Assembly (NCBI GenBank): GCA_043228905.1
Contig: JBHGNT010000016.1
Location: 9,796,001-9,860,000 of the forward strand
DNA length: 64,000 bases
Source: Azolla caroliniana
Taxonomy: Eukaryota; Plantae; Polypodiophyta
Direction: 5' to 3'
A model generated the notes under the pieces. It worked only from the letters and a program-made list of their open reading frames with translations, was not told the DNA's origin and made no database searches. Positions 45,594 through 59,615 of this stretch are shown in pieces (positions within the stretch are counted from its first letter, which is position 1; each line of letters begins with the position of its first letter). The translations under genes were made by a program, and so were the position numbers.

Positions 45594-48140
45594 TGTTGAG
45601 AGACAAGCTCAACATGGGGTGAATCAGCTGAAGCAGCTAAGAGTTGGATCTGATGGTCACCGATCGGCTAGGCCTAAATCGGTTGAATAAGCCAAAAGCC
45701 AAATTGGCTGCTAGGCGGAAGTCGGATAGAATTTGATAGGATGTTGAGGGCCTATATTCCTATTTCAATAAAAAGGAATATTGTATGTTAGTGTGAGGCT
45801 CAATTAAGGAGCATTGAAGTACTGGTCAGTACTTGAGTCAGTCCACTCATCAGGGCCTGTATATAAACTACACGCTTAGGACTCTTGTAAGCATTTTAGT
45901 AAAAAAAATTTATTCTCTACTCCACTCAATCTCTCTCTCTCTTACATTCTCTGTGTTTACCTAACTGTCGAGTTTCCGAATAACCGACTGTGTACTCTAT
46001 GTCTTTCGCTTAAGCTTTCGCATATGCATACTTTTACATGGTATAAGAGCATGAGGGTAAGAAGAATCCTCTACTACCGACAAAGGGAGCAAGACAAAGA
46101 CAAGTTTTCGATTTTCGGAAAAAGAAAATATAGGAACATGGACAAATGTATGCAAAGCTTGCTTCCAACTGAAAAGTTGGATAAGAGCAACCATGCATCG
46201 TGGTCATACATGATGCACCAATATCTACTTGGGCATGGATACTAGAGTTATTTGGAAGGAGCAAATGAAGTAACATCGGATTTGACATATAGAGATTCCC
46301 ATCCTGGGAAGAGGCGGCAAGCAGAGTTCTTTACTACTTTGCATCGTGTGTGAGCGATAAGCTTTTGAGCTATATTTGGGATGCCATGACGCCAAAGGAT
46401 ATATGGGAGAATCTCAAGAGGATCTTCGCCGCAAGCACGATGACCAAGAAACTGCAGCTCAGGCAAGACCTCAGCAATGTCTAACAAAAAGGTCTGTTTG
46501 TGGCCGATCCTACTGCCCGAATCAAGCACATCTATGATTCCCTTCCCTCCATCAACGTAATCGTCAAGGAGGATGAGATGGTGCAGGTCTGCCTTAGAGG
46601 GTTGGCGTGAAAGTTCGGAGTTTTCCAAATGGTGGTCTGCACGAGGGAGAATACGCCTTCATTTTTCGAGCTACAATCGATGGTGTTCGTTGAAGAAAAC
46701 CATTTGGATGTGTCGACAAGTATGCACACTGACTGTAAGATGTTGTACACGGAGGCGAATCAGCCCTATTGTCCTGGTGGACGAGACAGGTCGGTATGCA
46801 AGGGAGGCGGCCGACAGGAGCAAAACTTGAGGCATAATCGAAATGCCAATAGTAGTTCCGGACCCTCCACGAATAGGGGGAGTCAAGGCAGTGCCATAAG
46901 CCACTAAGGGAAAGTTGCTACTGACTACTGATACTGTGGCCGGAAGGGCCACAGAGAAAGTGAGTGTTGGAAGAAGCGCGCTGATTCGGACAGAGTTGGA
47001 TTGAGCCGAGGGGACGTAGATAGGCATCAAAGATCACACTATGCGAAAGCTAAGGGCGAGCCAAGGGGATGCAGATAAGTGTCAAAGATCGCACTATGTC
47101 GAAAGCTAAGGGCGAGCCGAAAGGGGTCTATGGAACCTTCATAATGAAGGACAAAGCCAACTCAAGGTCGAACGAGGTGTGATATGTGGATTCAGGTGCA
47201 TCGAACCACATGACGAATCACAAGGAGTGGTTCTCGACTCTGGAGAAGCCAGAGCAGTTGGGGGTGGTCGAAACTAGCGATGACACCCCTCACCCCATCG
47301 AACACATCAGAGATGTCCCCGTGAGCCATGTCGGCCTGAAAGGGATTATGAGAAATGTCTTGTATGTGCCAACAATCACCAAGAACTTGGTGTCGATTGG
47401 ACAAATTATAGACCAAGGCATGCAAGTTCGATTTACTCATCTCAAGTGCTACATAGAAGAAGAAGGCAAGGTTATACTGCAAGGACGTGAGAGAAGGGAG
47501 GATGTTTGTCCTTGAGACGAACAATGTCACCACCGTTTTGTTCTCCAAAGGGCAATAAGTCGAATTGGGCATCGACTTATGACACAAGCGGTTCGGCCAT
47601 GTTAGCTTCCCGTGGCTTTCGAGAAATGTAGAGGAAGAATATCGTTTTCGGCTTTCCGATTCAGTGGCCAAAACGGCCAAGTCTATGAAGCCTGCCAGTT
47701 AGCGAAGCATCACCGACTTCCATTCCCAAATGAGCACAATTGAAGCCGAAGCAAGCTCAATTTGATCCACTTGGATGTGTGGGGACTGGCACAGAACATG
47801 AGCATAGGAGGGAGACGATATTTTGTGAGATTCATCAATGACTTCACTTGGCATACCTGGGCATGCTTGATCGAGAAGAAGAGCGAAGTCTTCTCCTGTT
47901 TCTTGAAGGTGAAGAGACTTGCCGAATGGGAGATAGGCCGACAGATAAAATGTCTCGAGACCGATGGCAGAAAGGAGCACTTTTCCGACCAATTCTCTAG
48001 TTATCTACAAAAGGAAGCAATTTGACGCGAATTCCCTTGTAGATACACTCTGCAGCAGAACGGCATGGCCGAGTGGAAGAATCAGACAATAGAGGAAGCG
48101 ACTAGGGAAATTCTTGAGGAGAAACATATGCCGAAGTTCT
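45594..48140 (+). mobile_element. Copia A element (LTR 45594-46038, PBS 46039-46050, degenerate gag-PR-INT)
   Basis: LPTEKLDKSNHASWSY; DSGASNHM; IHLDVWG. Confidence 0.9.
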
Positions 48141-49965
48141 ATTGGCCTGTTACTCTAAGCTAGTAACAGGCTTCGGATCAACAACCTCCACTTGCAAATC
48201 CTACAGTAGCCGTTTGAACCATATGGCTTTGCATGTTTTGACAGTCGCTCCTCTGTACTCAGCCTCGATGCTTTACAGTGCTACTATCGGCAACTATGCA
48301 TCGTGGTCATACATGATGCACCAGTATCTACTCGGGCACGGATACTTGAGTTATGTGGAAGGAGCAAATCAAGCAACATCAGATTTGACATACAGGGATC
48401 CCCATCCTGGGAAGAGGCGGCAAGCAAAGTTCTTTACTACTTTGCATCGTGTGTGAGCGATCAACTTTTGATCTATATTTGGGATGCTAAGACGCCAAAG
48501 GATGTGTGGGCGAAGAGGATCTTTGCCGCAAGCACGATGACCAAAAAATTGTAGCTAAGCAATGTCTAACAAAAGGATCTGTTTGTGGCCGATTACACAA
48601 CTTGAGTCAAGCACATATGTAATACCCTCGCCTCGTTCAACGTAACCGTCAAGGAGGATGAGATGGTGCTGGTTTGCCTCAGAGGGTTGGCGTGAAAGTT
48701 CGGAGTTTTCCAAATGGTGGTCTGCACGAGGGAGAATACGCCTTCGTTAATCGAGGTACAATCAATGTTGTTCGTTGAAGAAAACAATTCGGATGTGTCG
48801 ACAAGTATGCACATTGACAACAAGATGTTGTATACGGAGGCGAATAAGCCCCATCGTCCTAGTGGACGAGGCGGGTCGGCACACAATGGAGGCGGCCGAT
48901 AGGAGCAGAACTTGAGGCATAATCGAAATGCCAATAGTAGTTCCGGACCCTCCACGACTAGGGGGAGTCAAGGTGGTGCTAGAAGCCAGTAAGGGAAAGC
49001 TGCTACTGACTACTGATATTGTGGCCCTTAAAGTGATTTTTGGAAGAAGCGCATTGATTCGGATAGAGACGGATTGAGCCGAGGGGACGCAGATAGGCGT
49101 CAAAGATCGCGCTACATTAAAAGCTAAGGGCGAGCCGAGGGTACGCATATAGGCGTCAAAGATCGCACTACGTCGAAAGCTAAGGGTGAGCCGAGGGGAT
49201 GTAGATAGGTGTCAAAGATCGCGCTACATTAAAAGCTAAGGGCGAGCCGAGGGGACACATATAGGCGTCAAAGATCGCACTACGTCGAAAGCTAAGGGTG
49301 AGCCGAGGGGATGCAGATAGACATGAAAGATTACACTATGCCGAAGCTAAGGGCGAGCTGAGGGGACGCAGATAGGCATCAAAGATCGCACTTTGTCAAA
49401 AGCTAAGGGCTACGCACAACAACACAACATCGATTACGATGGGACTTTTGCGTTGGTTGCAAAGATGATGATTGTCCATGTACTACTAGTTGTAGCAGCG
49501 GCAAAGGGTTGGCATCTACATTAGATGGATGTAAAGAACATGTTCCTACAAGGTGAGCTTTAGGAACAGTTGTACATGGTACAACCGCGAGGATTTCTAT
49601 CCGAACGGAACATGCTAGCCATTTGCCGATTGAAGAACCTATCCATGTTTCCATCTCCCTACCACAAGACCCTGAGTCAAATACCAAGGGAGTGAGTATC
49701 CGACTCCGTGTTACTCTGAGCTGGTAACAGGCTTCGGATCAACAACCTCTACTTGTAGATCTTGCAGTAGCCGTTTGAGCCATATGGCTTTGCATGTTTT
49801 GACAGTCACTCCTTTGTACTCAACCTCGATGCTTTACAGTGCTACTATCACCTACTTCTTGCTACTCCATGCCATTGCTACACTCCTAAGAGAGAATGTG
49901 TTTCCCGATGTGGATCAATGATCGCCGGCAGTTCCGACCCAATCAACATCCATATAACCGACTGT
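48141..49965. pseudogene. Rearranged copia A pieces: inverted RNase H, second gag copy, RT piece, inverted RNase H
   Basis: 48148-48290 resembles 49709-49850 (minus-strand RNase H). 48290-49100 resembles 46188-47030. Confidence 0.8.
49076..49410 (+). repeat. 56-bp tandem repeat, about 6 copies
   Basis: GAGCCGAGGGGACGCAGATAGGCGTCAAAGATCGC...AAAGCTAAGGG recurs. About 2 copies in the paralog at 47002-47120. Confidence 0.93.
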
Positions 49966-50495
49966 AAATAATGTGAAAACCTTGATACACCATCAGTCTA
50001 GCCGAACAGAACTACAACAATGGATAACAAAGATAGAAATAGTAAATACAAAGACGGTGTGTTAGATATAATCGATGATCAACCCCAAGTTGTAAATCTA
50101 TCCCCATGTGTACTCTTAGAGTTCACATTTTGTGATAGCGCCCCAAATGAGGAGTAGCTATTGTGCAACTCGACCATATGGGTCGATAAGGTGTCAATCT
50201 AGGAAACCGTAGATGCGTAGGACACATTGTATTTAGGAAAGATCGAAGTAGGTTAATAGGATTGGCTAATGAAGTCAACTAGAAGAATATTTTGTGGGCA
50301 AGTTACAATGTACTTAGTTTTGATGTAAAGGACTTTAAGATAAGTCTAGCACTAGCTTGTATATAGGGACCTGGGTCATTCAATGACAGGTTAGTTCACA
50401 AAAGAGGAATATCTCCACTACTATCAACTGACTTGCACATTTAATGTTACACTTAGACCAAACAAATAATATAATCCAGTCTCTCTACACAATGG

Positions 50496-51076
50496 TGTGA
50501 TGATTATCAGTCCCCACTAATTTTGTAGTGAGCGAGTGTAGATCCCATCTAAGCTCTAAGGTGTGAGTGGATGGGTGAACTACCGTTGTGAGCTACTCTC
50601 ACATATAATTGAAGTTTTGTTTTCATATATCCATCTCTGTGATTGTAACTCTATATACCTATCTAATTGATTCTCAATATTTTTAACATGGTATCAGAGC
50701 TAAGAGGTTAATATAGATTAGGTATATACGGGTAGTTTCTAAGACATAACCATGAAAAGACGTCTCTCTACTTAGTTAAAGAACCATCCAACCATGAAAG
50801 AAAATTTTGGTTACATCACCATAGGTTAGGTCATGTATCATTTAGAACTCTCAAGTTTATATTTCCAGCATTATTTACTAGATTAAGTGTTGATCGATTT
50901 CATTATGATATCTGTGAATATGCAAAGCATAAGAGAACAAACTTTCCAATTAGTAAAAGTAGAAGCCTAACACCATTTCATTTAGTCCATAGTGATGTAT
51001 GCAGCCCATCCACTATTCCTAATATCTCTAGAGCCCGATTTTTCATATCCTTTATTGATGAAGAGTAACATGGCTC
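50496..51076 (+). mobile_element. Deleted copia (Ale-like): short LTR, Met PBS 50689-50700, integrase fragment
   Basis: TTAACA-TGGTATCAGAGC; HHRLGH..CEYAKHKR..VHSDV..FIDE..RVTWL. The LTR start is approximate. Confidence 0.75.
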
Positions 51077-54000
51077 CACCCCCCTCCCAAGGGGGTTACT
51101 GTTAAGAGTCTATTACTAATCAATAGACCAAACTAAAGTAAAAGAAGGAAAATGGAATGGATAGAAGAACCCGTTCCACCCGACCACCCCCAAGCTATGA
51201 TCTAGACATAGCCAACCTACCACCGATGTCCCATACCACCAGATATTAGGATGACTAATACCTTGGAAGAGATAAACACGATCTTCGAGACGAAAGCCTA
51301 GCCCGCACCACCGGTGTCTAAGACAACAACCTTCCGACCTAATGTGATTATCAGGGTAGCTAAGCCTCATATTTATACCTTTTCCTAGGCCCCTTGAATA
51401 GATGTGCCTTTCTAAAAGGCTCTCCATTCATTGGTTGTCCAAATCATGATAGTGCATGCACCTATCATTCCTTCTATCCAATCACATTTGTCCCCTTTTT
51501 AATATTAGTGAACATATACTTCACTTATGTAAATATTAGTGACCTATCCTCACCTATGTTATCTGTACATAACATACTCCCCTACTTCAAAAGATTGCAC
51601 TCTTGCAATATAAAGTGAGGAAATTGTGCCTTAAGAGTATGCTCACGTTCCCATGTGGCATCATCAATAGGTTTATCTATCCATTTGATCTTGAATAGCA
51701 AAATCTCTTTAGAACGTAAACGTTTAGTACGAGAATCAAGAATTCGTTCAGGAACATGAGGTTTGTAAGAAAAATCCTCTAATGTTACAAGATCATGGAT
51801 TGTGATGGTGTTATCACCAGAGCCTAAAAATGGTTTTAGATGACTAATGTGAAAAATAGGATGAATACCAACATTACAGGGTAAGGCAAGGTGATAAGCA
51901 GATGACCCAACTCGCTTAAGGATTTCAAATGGGCCACAATATCATGGGGTTAACTTAGCGCATTTTCCCATAGACAATGACGTAAGGTCAGTAGGGACAC
52001 ACAAAAAAACTTTTTGACCAATAGTAAATGCACGAGGACATCTATCCTGATCAACATAAAATCGAGCACGATCTTGAGCTGTCTTGACATTCTCTTTGGC
52101 AATATGCAACACTTAGAAGGAGTTTTTGCTACATAAGCTCAAAGCATATCCTCAATAATTTGATTAACTCGTTTAGTTTGTCCATCAGACCGAGGATGAT
52201 CTACGGAACTCATGCTCAACGTAGTTTCTAGTTTCTTAAAGACTTGAGTCCAAAAGTCACTAGTAAACTTGGAATCTCGATCACTAACAATATCCATCGG
52301 TAATCCATAAAAACGAAATAACTCATCAACAAATTGATAAGCCAATTGTTGAGTGGTTACCGTGGTTTTGGTAGGAATAAATCTAGCCAATTTTGTTAGT
52401 CTGTCAATGACAACCCAAATGGCATCATGACCCCTCTGTGTACGAGGTAAACTAACAATAAAATCCATTGAGATACTTTCCCATTTGTTGTTGGGAATAT
52501 CTAAGGGATGTAAAAGACCCATAGCTTTAAGTCGTTCCGACTTATTAATCTGACATTGTAAGCATTGAGTTACGTATTTATGCACGTCAGAGTGCATCTT
52601 AGGCCAGAAAAAAGTACTCGAGATGAGAATGAGTGTGTGTTGTATTCCAGGATGACCAGTAGATGGTGCATCATGACATTCATGAAGAATTTTTTGTTTT
52701 ACATTTGGTAAATCTGGAACACAGACCTTTCCACTACGGTAGAGCAAACCGTTTGTAATGTGAAAGGTCGCCTTCAAGGGTAGGGTGCTAGTATCGGCAT
52801 CTAAACCAGATTCGGCTTTCGTCCAGTATTTCGAAAAATAACTGTCATCAAGGTATTTCCCTCGAAGGTGATCTAAAAGATCAGATTTTATTTCCATGAA
52901 GCTAAACATGGTAACATATTTAATGAGACTAAGAGCATCCACAACAGTGTTCATAGAACCCTTGCGATACCATATGGAAAAATCAAAATCTTGCATAAGA
53001 CCAGCCCAATGGCCTTTACAACCAACAAGATCTGACTGGTCACAAAAATACTTCAATGATTGATGGTCTGTTGTAACAACAAATTTATTTCCATAGAGAT
53101 AGTGCCTCCATGTTTTAAATGCATGTATTATCGCAAACAACTCACCGAATACCAAGATTGAGCAACATCAAGCTTCTTACTTTCAAAAGCAATAGGGTGA
53201 CCGCCTTGATAAAGAACGACACCAATAGCATAATCACTGGCATCGGTTTCAATTGAGAAAGGATTAGAAGGGTCCGGTAATAGAAGAGTGGGAGGGAGCC
53301 AAACACACATGCTCTTTGAGTGTCTGAAATGATTTGTCAAGTTGTTCATTCCATGCAATTGGTTTGCAGACTTACGTGGATGACCTTTTAAAAGGTCGGT
53401 TAATGGCATAGTCAATTTGGAATAGTTACGAATTGATTTTCGTAAAAATCCAACAAACCCTAAGAATGATCGGAGTTCACGAACATTATGAGGAATGGGC
53501 CAAAGTTTAACCTTTTCAATACGAGAAGGTTCAATTTCAACACCATTTTCTGTAATTAAATGACCTAGGTACACAATAAATTCTTGAAAAAAATCACATT
53601 TTGAATGTTTTGCATAGAAAGAGTTGTCACACAACTTTTGCAAAACAAATCGAACATGTTGAACATGATCTTGCGAGGTACGACTATATATCAAAATATC
53701 ATCCAAGAAGACGACAACAAAATCACCGAGTTAATCTCGGAAAACGTCATTCATCGCTTGTTGGAATGTGGTTGGAGCATTAGTCAACCCGAAAGGCATG
53801 ACTAAAAACTCATAATGGCCATAGTGTGTACGAAAAGAGGTTTTAGGAATATCATCCTCGGCAATGTGAATCTGATGATAACCTATCCGTAAGTCAATTT
53901 TCGTAAAATATCGGGCCCCATGCAAACGATCAATCAAATCATCGGCACGAGGTAACGGATATGCATTTTTAATTGTCATTTTATTCAAACGGCGATAATT

Positions 54001-55800
54001 GATACACATTCGCCATGAACCTTCCTTCTTCTTAACCAATAGAACTAGCGCACCCCAAGGTGATTTACTATACCTAATGTGGCCCATACTCAAGTATTCC
54101 TGAAGTTGTTTAGTGATCTCATCCTCTTCTAATCGACTAAGTCGGTAAGGTGGAATGCTCACAGGAGCAGCACCAGGAATGAGTTCAATTTAATGGTGGT
54201 AAAGTAAGTGGCAATTCGTTAGGAAACACGTCTTGAAAATCTTCTAAAATAGAGTCGAGTAATCATTATTCATAATGTGGTAATTGTGTGGCATCAATAT
54301 TAAAATAATAAAATTGAAGCACATGATCTATTACACACGAATAAATTAATGAACTTGAATACTCACTTAAAGATTTATTAGACACAAGTGAACGAGAAGG
54401 AAGTTTGGAACATTGAATAAAATGTTTACAATTATTATGTTCAAATGTGATTGAGTGATTAACCCAATCAATGGACAAAGAAGGGTTTTTATTAAAAAAC
54501 CAAGGGTATCCTAAAATGACATCTACAGATTGTAGTGTCATAACATGAAAGTCAAGCTTCTCCAAATAGGTATCTATTTGAATTGGCAATTGACAAACAA
54601 TGCCACTGATGTATTGAACACTTCCATTTGCCATGTGAACTTGATAGATATGATCACTTGCGTTTATGTGGAGTTTCATTTACTGCACAAAGTGATCATT
54701 AAGAAAATTATGAGAACTACCGGAATCAAACAAGAAATGTGCTTGTGTTCCATTGATATACCTGACTACTCAGAGTAAATCATTAGGTCCAAGTAAATGT
54801 GAAGGAAAAGTGCATTCACATGAACTTAAGTGGTTGGTATGAACTTCAACAACATCAAAGGACTTACTTGTGTGACTCGTAGATTTGTCTTGAGGAGGGG
54901 TGTTCATTGACTTCCTCTCAAGACGACGACATGTATCCTTTGTGTGGCCCCGTTTCTTGCAATATGCATAGAAGAGGTTAGGTTTCTTGGAGTCGCGGTA
55001 AAGAGTGTCATTGGATTGCTTACATTTCCCAATGAACTTGACATTCGGAGTTTTGGCGAACTCAGGTTTATTGTGGTCTTTCTTAGAATTCCTATGGTAC
55101 TGAAGTACAATGTTGACGGCTTCCTCAAAAGTTGTGGTGTCCTTGTCATGGACAATCGAATAGAATCCCCATTAGGAATACCATTCAAAAAGCAAGCAAC
55201 AAACCATTTCTCACCCGTAAGTCCCGATTTTTGGATTTGGGTCTGAGCATGATGCACATAATCCTCAAGAGAGGTAAATGGCTTACTCGACAACATGAGC
55301 AATTGTTGTGCTTGTTCAATTTGAGAAGGTGGCTGCAAAAACTGTTTCTGAAAAACATCAATGAAACCTTCCTAAGTTGTGGGTAAGTTCTTTGCAGTCC
55401 TTAGGCCGCACCACCAAGCAGCAGCTCGGCAACCTAACTCATGACCGACGTAACCAATTTTTACAACATCGGGCTTGGGGTGGAGCTCAAAGTGAGACTC
55501 CCAATGACCAAGCCAAGTGCTAATGGCCTCCTCAGTTCTTTCTTTCTTATCTCCCTTGAATGGTGTTACTACGAAAGAAGGCTCACCTTCTTTCTTGGAC
55601 TCAATAGTCAATTCTTGGAATTTCTATTCCAATGCTATATTGGTCTGCCTCATTTCAGCCAATTGATTCAAAGTAGTAGTGAGCAATTGCTCAATAGTGA
55701 TCCCAGCTTGTGTGCGAGATGCGGATTGGAGTTGAGAGGTCTCGGTCAGAGAGATTGCTCCAACAACGTTCAAAACCTGTTCCATGATGCAAGTTGTGGG
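51070..55800 (-). mobile_element. Degenerate chromovirus J: gag-PR-RT-RH-INT-chromodomain, PPT and truncated 3' LTR (51070-51574)
   Basis: FLFDSGSSHNF; [11 protein letters not shown]; DDILIYS; ETDASDYAIG; WESISMDFI; SDRDSKF; PERILDSR...IKW...DATWE; PPT GAAGTAGGGGAG before TGTTATG. Confidence 0.93.
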
Positions 55801-56689
55801 TATGCAATATAAATAAGGAGGTTTAGAAAATACACAAGCAAAATGAATGATTGAAATTTTGATTGTAAGAACTTTACCAAGAAAGCATCTCACGTCTTTA
55901 CCCCTCTAGACATATGAGATGTGATTCGAGATCCGATAACTATGGTAACACTATGGTGTTTTAAAAACCATGGGGGAAAACATAGCTAAGATGTCTTTCT
56001 CGGATCTCTATCTTGAATAATCATGGTGGCTCCTCGAGGCTCAACCATGGTTCTAACATCAACGTAGTTTCCTAGTTAGCCTTATATATTAGAATGCCAA
56101 CCCAACATGTATTGATATGGTCGAGAAAGTGTATTACGTGAAAAAACAAGTGCACTCGCAAGTAATATTTTAGTCTTGCGAGTAACAAGCAAATGTTATG
56201 ACAAAAACGATAAAATAAGGCACTACCCATAAGAATCAAGTAGTGACGAAAACAAGGGTAAAAAAACACATGTGTTACATACTAAAAAATAATGTCACAA
56301 ATAAATGGATGGTGCGAGGTATGCACATATATATCCCAATATGGTGGTTGTAATTTGCACAATTGTGACATAAGCCACAAATTGATACAAGTGGCGGGGT
56401 GTTGTGCGCAAAGACGTAGAACTCAAATCTATGAGTAAAACATCAATAGGGGAACTCATGTAGGTTTTACTCGAGTTCTAAGGCTTGATAATATGAGTTA
56501 AACCTAGATGAGACATTGGGCAAAATCGTTCAAAAAACGGCATGATGCCCACTCAATATTAAAAAGTAGTCTACATGAATCGTTACACCATTAAACATAC
56601 ATAAATAGGGTAAATGAACTTAAAATAAGGGCAAGAAAGAGAGTTAATTGTGGGTGGGAAATGACAATTACTAGAAAATCATACCAAAG

Positions 56690-57290
56690 TGACTGCCATG
56701 ACACTGCTCCTCCTGCATAGGTCATCACGTACTTTGACATCAATCGGCTCGAGTCTGCATCCCATGACATGTCAGAATCGGTAAACCCTTCGCGCATGGG
56801 TTTTCTGACACCATACCTTAGGCATACCCCCGAGGTGCCTTAGTATTCATTGCTGCCTAGCGTTCTTGTCTTGGATTAATCCTATATTGGCTTATTGTTC
56901 CCACAACAATTGTCTGGTCTCGTGCAGACCATAACGTACATTAAACTGCCGACAACTGAGGCATATGGTACTTTCTTTATCTTAGCCTTTTCTTGAATCT
57001 CCCCTCTCGGGCATTTCTTACCATTTAACTTGTAGTTAGTCGAGAACACAGAGCCGACCGACTTTCCTTCCGACATGTTGAACCTCTCTAAGATCTTTGT
57101 CACATACTTCTATTGTGACAAGCACAACACTTTCTTAGTTCTATCACCGTGTGTTCGTCAAAAGGTACGAAGAAGGTGATTTCTTGATTCTCTTATTATA
57201 TGTAGATGACATGTTGATACTTGGTCAAGACAGAAGGAAGATCGGGTGCTTAAAAAAAGCCGTCACAAATTGTTAAACAGATCTTGGGGA
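56690..57290. pseudogene. pol: Copia (Tork-like) RT/RNase H fragments in both orientations
   Basis: Minus strand VPYASVVGSLMYVMVCTRPD and GGAVSWQS. Plus strand LLLYVDDMLI. Confidence 0.85.
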
Positions 57291-57344
57291 TGCACATAGT
57301 TTGAGTTTTCGTGATCATCGCACAAGCCAAGTGATCAAACAGGT

Positions 57345-58215
57345 ACAAGCAAAGACGAGCGCGCAAGATGAACGCGCAAGGGGGGGAAGAACACACATTC
57401 ACGAATGCTCGTACACTTTTATGAGGAGGAGAGGTGCATGGGCATGCCCGAACGCTCCCTCGTCACAAGATGATGAACGCACAAGGGGACGAGAATACAA
57501 ACACGAATGCCCGTACGTCTTTATGAGGAGAGGTGCATGGACACGCTCGAACACTCCCTCGTCACAAGACGCCGAACATACAAGGAAAGGGACGAGAATA
57601 CAAACACGAATGCTCATACGTCTTTATGAGGAGGAGAGTTGCATGGGCACACCCAAAATGCTCCCTCGTCACAAGACCACCGAACGTACAAGGAAGACAC
57701 ACACAAATGCTCGTATGCCTTTATGAGGAGGAGAGGTGCATGGGCACACCTGAAATACTCCTTCATCACAAGACGGCCGAATGTACAAGGAAGACACAAA
57801 ACACACGCACAAATACTCGTATACCTTTATGAGGAGGAAAGGTGCATGGGCAAGCCCGAAACACTCCCTCATCACAAGACGGCCGAATGTACAAGGAAGA
57901 CACAAAACACATGCACAAATACTCGTACACCTTTATGAGGAGGAAAGGTGCATGGGCAAGCCCGAAACACTCCCTCATCACAAGACGGCCAAATGTACAA
58001 GGAAGACACAAAACACACGCACAAATACTCGTACACCTTTATGAGGAGGAAAGGTGCATGGGCAAGCCTGAAACACTCCCTCATCACAAGACGACCGAAT
58101 GTACAAGGAAGACACAAAACACATGCACAAATGCTCGTATGCCTTTATGAGGAGGAGAGGTGCATGGGCATGCTCGAAACGCTCCCTCGTCACAAGACGA
58201 CTGAACATACAAGGA
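57345..58215 (+). repeat. Tandem repeat of about 97-106 bp, about 8 copies
   Basis: TTTATGAGGAG recurs near 57418, 57520, 57623, 57720, 57826, 57932, 58038 and 58144. Confidence 0.95.
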
Positions 58216-58859
58216 GATGAGAATAAAGAAAGAAAGAAAAACACGAATGATATTTTGGCTAAAGAAATAAATATGTGTTTGATTACAACGCAAGAGTGCC
58301 CTTTATAAAATAAGGTCTGGTTACAAAGTGGCGACTTCTAGTTAGCCACAAGCTCAACAAAAAACAAATAGTGAATGCCCTTCGATACAAGACTAAATCC
58401 AAACACCAAGCACGAACACAAAGAAGACAAGAACACGAGCACACCACACCACAAAAATGCCGACCCCAATGAACCATGACCACCTGAATGACAAGCACAG
58501 TGGCTCGCAACAACGAATGAGAGAGCAACACCTAACCAACGAGGCTCGAGCTCATGAGCACCGTAAACGAGCCGAGCACTTTGATCGTCAACACGAAGAA
58601 GATGAGCATGTGGAGATGAGGGGATAGATTTTTCCCACACTCGGCATGCCACATCACGACAACATGTCAATCCAAATGACACAGGCTGGGTAGAGAAGGG
58701 GAAAGCATCATCGATGACTCCCTAGGAAGTATTAGGCCTACCTGAACTTCCACTGACAACACATGACTTGGCGGCCATTAGGTAGTTCGGTACATCATAT
58801 GAACAGGTCGAATGGCTTGCTGAATGTTTGCAAGAAGTTTTGAGGTTGTTGACCCAAGA

Positions 58860-59570
58860 ACATTAGGAATCGGGTTATGATCCAGAAATCATTTATCAGA
58901 GTTGTCGAGCCTGAGGAACAACAAGAAATTGATCGATCGGCCGACAACGGAATGCCAAGAATCGAGGTGAGGTAATTCTAATGCCTCCGTTACACACAAG
59001 ACTCGTCGAAGTGCATAGAGAATATGAAGGGGCAAATAGGATAGTCAAGGACATGGCTGAAGCATATGAAAGAGCCATGGTGGCAACAGATTGGTTGCAA
59101 GAACAATGTGCAAAAAGCCAAGCCGACAACGCCAAATTGTTGGCAAAACATTGACAAACAGAAGAAAAACTGAAAGAAGGGGAAGATCGGTTCCAAAAAC
59201 AACAATTGCTTGATAGGTAACAAGAACCTGATCAACAATTACAAGAACAACTGAAAGAAGCTGGGGAGAAAGTAGAGGAAGTGACCGCGGAAGCCACCAT
59301 AGCAGAACAAATGGTCAAAAAATTAGAAGATCATATATTGCTGGCAAAAACCGAAATAGCTAAATGGTTGGATGCTAAGGATGATGCCATCCAACCGTTA
59401 AAGCGGCAATTGGCCCAACAACAGGATGAAACCAAATAGTAAGAAGAAAAAGTGCAAGAGTGGGAGGAATATATTCGAATACAGGAGGACTATTTCACGG
59501 AGCAAACATTTGAGAGAGAACTCCAAACATCTGACACACAAGAGGTGCATGAATAAGAAAAGGAGCGCCT
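58860..59570 (+). pseudogene. Degenerate coiled-coil ORF, probably a retroelement accessory protein
   Basis: QQLQEQLKEAGEKVEEVTAEATIAEQMVKKLEDHILLAK, with stops. Family not identifiable. Confidence 0.45.
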
Positions 59571-59615
59571 AGACTTGGTGAATACCGATTTAAGATCAAT
59601 TTGCGCCATATTGGA

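Noticed and set aside
51063-51080. Apparent LTR end plus PBS (TAACA-TGGCTCC)
   Set aside because: It encodes the copia integrase RVTWL and overlaps the J LTR junction by microhomology.
56676-56686. PBS of chromovirus J (TGGTATGA on the minus strand)
   Set aside because: Only a partial Met-PBS match, with no adjacent LTR, at a junction with a copia fragment.
57345-58215. CRISPR-like array
   Set aside because: Whole units repeat with no unique spacers, there are no cas genes, and the context is eukaryotic.
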